NCBI GenBank assembly: GCA_951406725.2
Contig: OX597827.1
Span: forward strand, 66,278,001-66,342,000
DNA: 64,000 nucleotides
Source of the DNA: Octopus vulgaris
Taxonomy: Eukaryota
Reading direction: 5' to 3'
The position numbers and the translations under genes are program-made. Under the pieces are notes generated by a model. It had not been told where the DNA came from and made no database searches. It worked only from the letters and a program-made list of their open reading frames with translations. The stretch's first letter is position 1. Each line of letters opens with the position of its first letter. Shown piece after piece: positions 55,310 through 64,000 of this stretch.

Positions 55310-55354
55310 GTATATATATATATATGTTTGTATATATATATATATATATGTATA

Positions 55355-55386
<32 letters not shown>

Positions 55387-56079
55387 CACTCATACATTTA
55401 TGTACATATACATATAAATGTATATGATGTGTGCGTACATTTATATGTATATGGAAATATATTTTCATATATCTATATATATATATGTGTGTGTGTGTGT
55501 GTAACTACATTTGTATATGCACGTGTATGTACGCGGTTTCCTTACCGTGGTGTGCGTCTGTTTCTGCTTTTGTGGTTGAGTGTTTGTATTTGACAGTAAA
55601 AAATATTGAAATTGCTAATAGTTTGTTTACAGAATGATTACTACTCTCAATGTCGATGGATTTCCCTATTTATCATCTCTGTTATGTTTTCATCATATCT
55701 TTTGTATTTACGTCATTTAATTTTTTTTCTCATTCGTTTTTCTGATGTATTATTGAATTTTACTGGTATTAGAGAAGGAAGAAAAAAAAACAAAGAAAAG
55801 AAATACTAAGGCTTTTGAAAAATACTTTCTAAACAGCTGAAAATAAAATGATAGTTTTAATTCAATAGTTCTGGATATGAAACGCTACAGCGTCATCGCA
55901 GTTATGACGCCCATTGTGACTACTTTCGTTCCATGTTCAAACCCAACTATGTTGAATTCAACCGAAGACAATAACATAAAAATCCTGCATTACAATGCGG
56001 CAAAGAACATACTAATACACATGCTTGTATAAAATTATGAACACGAAGGCGTAATCACATAATACTCACAAATATATAA

Positions 56080-56404
56080 GGAGCACTCCGTCGGTTACGA
56101 CGACGAGGGTTCCAGCCGATACGATCACCGGAACAACTTGCTCGTGAAATTAATGAGCAAGTGGCCGAGCATTCCACAGATTCGTGTACCCCTAACGTAA
56201 TTCTAAGGGAGATTCAGCGTGACACAGAGTGTGACAATGTTGGCCCTTTGAAATAGAGGTAGAACTCATTTCTGCCAGCTGAGTGGACTGGGGCAACGTG
56301 AAATACAGTGTCTTGTTCAAGGACACAATGCGTCACCGGGAATTGAAATCATGACCTTACAATCGTGAGCCGAATGCCCTAACCATTAAGCCACGCACAT
56401 TCAC
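56080..56404 (-). mobile_element. SINE with different tRNA/CORE-like head and family A tail
   Basis: Tail matches family A; head has CCTTGAACAAGACACTG...CAGTCCACTCAGCTG; 11-bp TSD CAAATATATAA at 56069-56079 and 56405-56415. Confidence 0.82.
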
Positions 56405-56628
56405 CAAATATATAAACAGGCTACAACGATTGCAGCTCAGAATATCGCTCATTTATTCTTTGAGAATCATTTTATGAAGGTTAAAATTGGTTCCAAGCAG
56501 AATTAGTAAATAAGTATGTTTCAGGCACACAGACATTTTTCCTTTGCCAGAGTGAAAGAAATATATAACATAACCAGCAAAATATATGGATTGAGTTTAT
56601 TTTATTTAATAATCATATCTATGTACAC

Positions 56629-57012
56629 GTGGATGCGCAATGGCCCAGTGGTTAGGGCAGCGGACTCGCGGTCGTAGGATCGCGGTTTCGATTCCCAGAC
56701 CGGGTGTTGTGAGTGTTTATTGAGCGATAACACCTAAAAAGCCCCACGAGGCTCCGGCAGGGATGGTTGCGATCCCTGCTGTACTCTTTCACCACAACTT
56801 TCTCTCACTCTTATTTCCTGTTTCTGTTGTACCTGTATTTCAAAGGGCCGGCCTTGTCACTCTCTGTGTCACGCTGAATATCCCCGAGAACTACGTTAAG
56901 GGTACACGTGTATGTGGAGTGCTCAGTCACTTACACGTTAATTTCACGAGCAGGCTGTTCCGTTGATCGGATCAACTGGAACCCTCGTCGTCGTAACCGA
57001 CGGAGTGCTTCC
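56629..57012 (+). mobile_element. SINE family A
   Basis: Full-length plus-strand copy; imperfect TSD TATCTAT(G/T)TACAC. Confidence 0.85.
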
Positions 57013-57318
57013 ATCTATCTATTTACACACACTCACAAATGCACAGACAAACTCGCACACACTCAAACATACATGAACACAAACGCAAACGCACACACAC
57101 ATAAATTTATATTAGTGTGAGTATATATATAGTAGCAGAGGCACCCGGGGTTGCCCAGCAATGAAATTGGTCGTTATATATAGGAAGAAAAGAGCAAAAT
57201 ATGCTGTATAGAAATTTGTCATTGTAAATAAAATTGATTCTTTAACTGGGAAATCAATTCTGAATTCAAAATAAAAAAAATTATTATAATAATAAAAAAC
57301 GAAAAATTTATTATATGA

Positions 57319-57720
57319 GTAGGAGTGGCTCAGTGATAAGTAGCTTGCTTACCAACCACATGGTTCTGGGTTCTATCCCACTGCGTGACACCTTGGGCGG
57401 GTGTCTTCTACTATAGCATCTGGTCAACAAAAGCCTTCTGAGTGGATTTGGTAGACGGAAACTGAAAGACGTCCGCCGTATATATGTGAATATGTGTGTG
57501 AATGTGTTTGTGTGTCTGTGTTTGTCCTCCCAATATCACTTGACAACCGATGCTGGTGTGTTTACGTCCACGTAACTTAGCGGTTCGGCAAAAGAGACCG
57601 ATAGAATAAGTACTAGGCTTACAAAGAATAAGTCCCGGGGTCGATTTGCTCGACTAAAGGCGGTGCTCGAGCATGGCCACAGTCACGTGACTGAAACAAA
57701 CAAAAAAGTAAAAGAGTAGA
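57319..57720 (+). mobile_element. SINE family C
   Basis: Full-length match. Confidence 0.82.
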
Positions 57721-58004
57721 AGAGACAATGACATATTATTTACTGAAAGCACAAAACTATTCGTCTTATGTTTATGATCATTTTTCTGGCATTCTGGGTC
57801 AAATATTAAACTTGGTTTAATACCCACAAGAGTGCATTAAGCACGAATATCACACAGACATATTTCGTCCATTTCAATAATTAAGTAGGTAACCAGTGGC
57901 GTATTTCGTATATGATATCAACTGTGAATTATATATCAGCTTATGTCTGTCAGAAAGGTTTATTTACAAACACATTTATAGTTTCCGTTTTCTAAATATA
58001 TCCT

Positions 58005-58330
58005 GGCCCAGTGGTTAGGGCCCAGTTGTTATGGCCCAATGGCCCAGTGGTTATGGCAGCGGACTCGCGCTTGTAGGTTCGCGCTTTCGATTCCCAGACC
58101 AGGCGTTGTGAGTGCTTATTAAGCGAAAACACCTAAAGCTCCACGAGTCTCCAGCAAGGGATGGTGGCGATCCCTGCTGTACTCGTTCACCACAACTTTC
58201 TCTCACTCTTTCTTCTGTTGGCCTGCTCGCTTAGCCAGCGGGGTGGCGTCTTTTGAAGGCTGAAACAATGCGAAGTGCATTGTGACCACCGATGTGTAGC
58301 AACATCTGATAGCCTGGTCGGTCACGGTGA
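58005..58330 (+). mobile_element. SINE A head with tail 2 and stuttered 5' end
   Basis: GGCCCAGTGGTTA-like motif repeated about 3 times at the start; body matches 7119-7420. Confidence 0.8.
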
Positions 58331-59701
58331 AATACAACCTTATATCTTCTATAACTCTGAGAAGTTGTTAATGCATGATGGAGACTGATAGTTCTGAGAT
58401 GCTATAGAAAAACTTTTATCAAACGTAATGTATAAAAGGGTTTCAATCCGCCGTTCATTCAAAGAAACTGCACCTCTCTGTCAGAATTTGAAAACGTATT
58501 GTGCTTCATCAGCTAAATAACAGGCACCATACAAGCATATATTTACCTGTGTGCTTATGAAAATCTCGCCCAGTCTGCGTACCATGACAGTAGTTTCCAG
58601 TTCAGGCACAAGGCCAGCATTTTAGGGTGCAGCGATAAATCGATTACATCGACACCAAAATTCAACTACTGATTATTTTATCGATCCCGAATTGGTGATA
58701 AGCAAATTTGAATTCGGCGGCATTTGAACTGAGAACAGAAAACATTTTCCTAAACGTTCTAAGAATTCTGCCAGTTCGCAGCCTTCTGGAGCCTTTAATA
58801 TTAATACTAGAGGAGGGCAACATTTGACGTTATACTGTAAATTTGATAACTGTGAAATGTGTAATGCAATGTAAAATATATCAATCAATCGTAAATACGG
58901 AGAGCATCACAAACTATCAACTTCAGAACCTAGAAGAAGCCAAGGATAATTACAGAAGATTACAGTAAGAATCTGTGTAAATCTTCCATCATATCCAACG
59001 AAATTCTATGATTTATAGGATAAGATCAATTCCAATACTAATATTAGTAAAGAAGAAATTCACCTTACAAAACCCTTATATATTGTTGAATAATAGCATC
59101 GTTATTTGAGCAAAATCTACTTTGGAGATTATAGTGCAATTTCAGAATTCATCTCTGCCCGTTACTATGTGTTGTTTGGGTTCGTGGACGTTGGATGTAT
59201 ATTATATATGGCAGATATTCTTGTATTTATTAAACATAATTATATTCTTGAGATTGCAGTTTTTCTTTTTACATCAGGAGAAACGTATTTCATTCCTTTT
59301 CGACATAACATAAAATTTGTCGTAAATATCTTCAATTTCTCAACAGGTTCAAATATAAATTTTTATAATGTTATGTGTTGAACTCTTGACGAAACTGAGT
59401 TATTGCCAATTATGTGCCAGAAATGTCTTATCATAAAAAGCATGAGCACTCGATACGTTACAATATTTTTAAGGATTGATCTCCTGTTAATCACTGCTTA
59501 GTTTTGAAGCCAATATTAACATTTTCTTTTCGTGTATATCATCTTTAGACAATATTCTTAGCGTTTTTCGAAACAAACCGTGCAGGATTCCAATTGCTAA
59601 TTACAATGTGTAACAAAGTAAACAAGCGCGGAAACTTCACAAACGTGAAAGTACAAAAAAGGACAGTGATTCATGTATGGTTAAAATGTACATGTATATA
59701 T

Positions 59702-60111
59702 ATAGCGCAGGAGTGGCTGTGTGGTAAGTAGCTTGTTTACCAACCGCATGGTTCCGGGTTCAGTCCCACTGCGTGGCACCTTGGGCAAGTGTCTTCTACA
59801 ATAGCCTCGGGCCAACCAAAGCCTTGTGAGTGGATTTGGTAGACGGAAACTGAAAGAAGCCTGTCGTATATATGTATATATATGTATATGTATGTGTATG
59901 TTTGTGTGTCTGTGTTTGTCCCCCTAGCATTGCTTGACAACTGATGCTGGTGTGTTTATGTCCCCATCACTTAGCGGTTCGGCAAAAAGAGACCGATAGA
60001 ATAAGTACTGGGCTTACAAAGAATAAGTCCTGGGGTCGAGTCGCTGGATTAAAGGCGGTGCTCCAGCATGGCCGCAGTCATATGATTGAAACAAGTAAAA
60101 GAGTAAAGAGT
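59702..60111 (+). mobile_element. SINE family C
   Basis: GCGCAGGAGTGGCTGTGTGGTAAG...GGTTCAGTCCC head; full length. Confidence 0.85.
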
Positions 60112-60235
60112 ATATGTTTTTTTTCCTTGTACGAGTGTCTGTGAGTGTGTAGGCATATACACACACTCACACACGCACGCACGCTGAAGGAAACAGGCGA
60201 CTCCCTCACATACAAAAAAGCACGCTCATACATGC

Positions 60236-60480
<245 letters not shown>

Positions 60481-60546
60481 TATATAACAAAGGTGAAGTT
60501 GTAAGGTACCGCACGAGTTGAATTATATATGAAAGAATAATATATT

Positions 60547-60578
<32 letters not shown>

Positions 60579-60582
60579 TTTG

Positions 60583-60815
60583 TGCGCCCTTTTCAAGCCT
60601 AGCCACGCATATGGACCTGGTTTCCCGGTTTCTATGGTGATATGTGCCCTCTCCCCAGCTGGACTGGACGCCAGTCCATCGCAGCTTTATTCAAGAAACA
60701 GGAAGAAAGAGTGAGAGGAAGTTGGGGCGAAAGAGTACTACAGGGTTCTCCACCACCCCCTGCCGGAGCCTCGTGGAACTTCTTAGGTATTTTCGCTCAA
60801 TAAACACACACAACA
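60583..60815 (-). mobile_element. SINE A core with tail 3 (head missing)
   Basis: Core matches family A; tail resembles 29727-29850. Confidence 0.65.
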
Positions 60816-60842
60816 CGCACATATATATATATATATACATAC

Positions 60843-61010
60843 ATACTACGGGCTTCTTTCAGTTTCCGTCTACCAAATCCACTCACAAGGCTTTTGTTGA
60901 CCTGAGGCTATAGTAGAAAACACTTGCCCAAGGTGCCACGGAGTGGGACTGAACCCGGAACCATGTGGTTGGTAAACAAACTACTTACCACACACCCACT
61001 CCTGCGCCTA
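60843..61010 (-). mobile_element. SINE family C 5' half
   Basis: Head through ACGGGCTTCTTTCAG; similar partial heads at 4150-4266 and 32766-32870. Confidence 0.78.
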
Positions 61011-61419
61011 TATGTGAACATGTGACAACAAAACAAATTTCACATTACGTTTCCTTTCATTTCAAGTACCGATTCATTCAACTTAATTTAGAGAAACGTC
61101 ACTATATACCTTAACTGTTCGAAGCAAAACTCTTGATGAAATCTAATAATATATATGCAATATCTGTTATAATCTCTTTTGTAAATGTATTTTAATAAGA
61201 GTATTCCGAGTTAATTTTGTGAATAATATTTCAATTGTATTTCCTTCTTTGTTAAACACTTCGTATATATATTTATGAAAATAACGATCACCATTTATAT
61301 TAGTTGAAGAAATGAAATTGCTGTCTTATCTATTGAGGATGAAAACGAAATTGATTCTTGTAGACATCTCGCATATTATTTAATTACAAGCAAAATTGCT
61401 TCTGGATGCAGAGAAATTG

Positions 61420-61487
<68 letters not shown>

Positions 61488-61609
61488 TTATTGCAGACAG
61501 AAGAGTTGATATTTTACGAATAAATATCTCACTCTGGTTATCAGTCTTTTGTCATATATAATGTAGTTGTGTATGTAGTTAAAAGACGCATGTATGAGTT
61601 CATATGTAT

Positions 61610-61679
<70 letters not shown>

Positions 61680-61729
61680 GTATATATATATATATATGTA
61701 CATGTATATATATATATATATGTATATAC

Positions 61730-61790
<61 letters not shown>

Positions 61791-61849
61791 TGTGTATAGA
61801 AGACAGAAAGCAGACATACATAGACACACATACATTCAAACTACAAGAT

Positions 61850-62420
61850 CGGCCATATCAGGATTGCTAAAACCACAGCAGTACTGTTTCTGCAGTATCT
61901 CACTCATGGTTTTGGCATTATCTTGGAGTGTACAATTTTCATCGATTAGATGGCCAACGGTGGAGACTGTGATCATGTTTCTTTTAGTAAAATAGAACAC
62001 TTTGGAGTTGCGTTTGATTGTCCCAACAGCCCATTTCTCCTACACTGTTCTTTGGTTATTCAAGATGTTCTTCATGTATTGTTTGAGGTTATATGTTTTT
62101 GATTCGAGCAAGCTGAGAGCCGTCGAATTTATATGTGGCTGCTGGCAGTATTTTAGTTTGTTAACGTTCTTTATTGTTCTTTTTATGTTTCTTATAATCA
62201 TTTTTTCTGCTTTGGGGAATTCTGCACTTAGTTTCTTTCACAGGTCTTTGTGGGGTGTGTTTCGCATATATATTTGTGAAAGTGTCAACAAAGATTTGGC
62301 GATTTACTTTGATGCTGGAGGGTGTGTGTGCATGTGTGAAAGACCAGTCAACATGAGATAACTCGTTTATGATTGCGTTCCAGTCGGCATCGTCGAAATC
62401 CATGGTATCAAATGGATGGT
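61850..62420 (-). pseudogene. CR1/L2-group LINE ORF2 fragment (linker between APE and RT)
   Basis: DFDDADWNAIINELSHVDW and KVFY...VGHL...[19 protein letters not shown]. Confidence 0.7.
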
Positions 62421-62957
62421 GTGGAGGGATATCATTACGCTTAGCTTTCAGCTAGTGGAATCTCAGTCACCGGTAGGTACATCGTTATGGATATACTTTA
62501 TGTTGGATGTTTAAATGAACGCGGCCTGGGAGCAGATGGGAAACATGGTGATTTCCAGAATGACCTCAGGTCGAATAGAATGGACATTATGGTTGCCAGA
62601 GAGTCCAAACTGAGTAGTCGATGGGGCTTTTTCTCTTTATAAATATATATATATATATATGCGCAACAAATGTTAAATGCAAAAGGTGATAATCGTGGAA
62701 AGCATGGTACGCATTTAAATAATATGAATTCTTAAGTTGCAAATATCTATGCGTAAGGGAATTGACACAGATGTATATCTACACGCGCAGTTACACACAC
62801 ACACACATATATATATATATACATATATACATATGCACATATACATATATACAAGCATATATATATATATATATATATATATAAACACTTTCATATGTAT
62901 ATATATATACATACATACATACATATATATATATAAACGCAAATATACATATTTATT

Positions 62958-62996
<39 letters not shown>

Positions 62997-63016
62997 ATAT
63001 ATATGTACACACATAC

Positions 63017-63084
<68 letters not shown>

Positions 63085-63524
63085 ATATATCAATATCTGT
63101 AAATATATATACATGTTTGTGTGTGTGTGTTCATATACATATTCTCGTAAACATTGAAAAATTCATATGGTTTGGGAGAAAAGTCTGATAAAGATCCCCA
63201 ATACACGATATTAAAAGTTTTCATTTATTCCCCATTTTTTTTTTTCAAGATTGTATGTTTTAGAAACAATTTCCATAAGATAAGATATGAGTGTTCCCTG
63301 TTATTTCCATATTGATAAAAATGATAAAACGGAATCATTTAAATATATTTTGTGCATGACATTATATGTACTTTCGCATCTTCTACTCTAATAGATGTAG
63401 ATGTATTATTTCTTATTTGTCCATCATGATACAATATTAAATTACATGTTTTATATATCTTGGACTCTCTCTCTCTCTCCCTCTCTCTTTCCCTCTCTCC
63501 CGGTATATATATATATATATATAA

Positions 63525-63567
<43 letters not shown>

Positions 63568-64000
63568 GATATATATACATATATATACACATATATATAT
63601 ACATATATATATACATATATATATATTTATATATATATATATACATATATATACATATATATATACATATATATACATACATATATATATATATACATAT
63701 ATGTATACACATATATATACATATAAATATATACATATATATATATATCTATATATCTATACATATATATATATATATATATATACATATATATACATAC
63801 ATATATATATACACATATATATATACATATATATATATATACATATAGATATATGTGTTGTGTGTATGTGTATGTGCTTGTTTGTGTGTGCGTGAGAGCG
63901 TGTGTGTAAGTTTATATACTTACATGTGTTCATATATACATATTTGCATTTATGTATACATTTAATGATATCCATCTGTTCCATCCAATATTTTATGATT

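Noticed and set aside
56629-56705. tRNA gene
   Set aside because: tRNA-like SINE head that continues into the SINE body; no complete acceptor stem.

Overview
AT-rich, repeat-saturated animal genomic DNA (intron or intergenic), most likely from an octopus or other coleoid cephalopod, judging by the tRNA-derived SINE families and extreme microsatellite density (my recognition, not a database result). I find no intact protein-coding gene; almost all supplied ORFs are microsatellite or SINE artefacts. Contents: many modular tRNA-SINEs, some with target-site duplications and some in tandem arrays; decayed R4/Dong, HERO, CR1 and RTE LINE fragments; a maT and a mariner remnant; non-autonomous Helitrons; and a duplicated pseudo-exon. 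The most interesting signal is a set of small non-coding elements inside (TA)n tracts that carry type I hammerhead ribozymes with palindromic stem III. Two unrelated families (about 354-bp and 475-bp units, at 10.4-11.3 kb and 15.9-16.8 kb) share one geometry: an inverted copy abutting a partial tandem repeat, giving a hammerhead on each strand pointing outward. At least four more decayed hammerhead families and many fold-back hairpins occur. This resembles Penelope pLTR / non-LTR retrozyme biology. Region ~1.7-3.9 kb looks like low-quality assembly.
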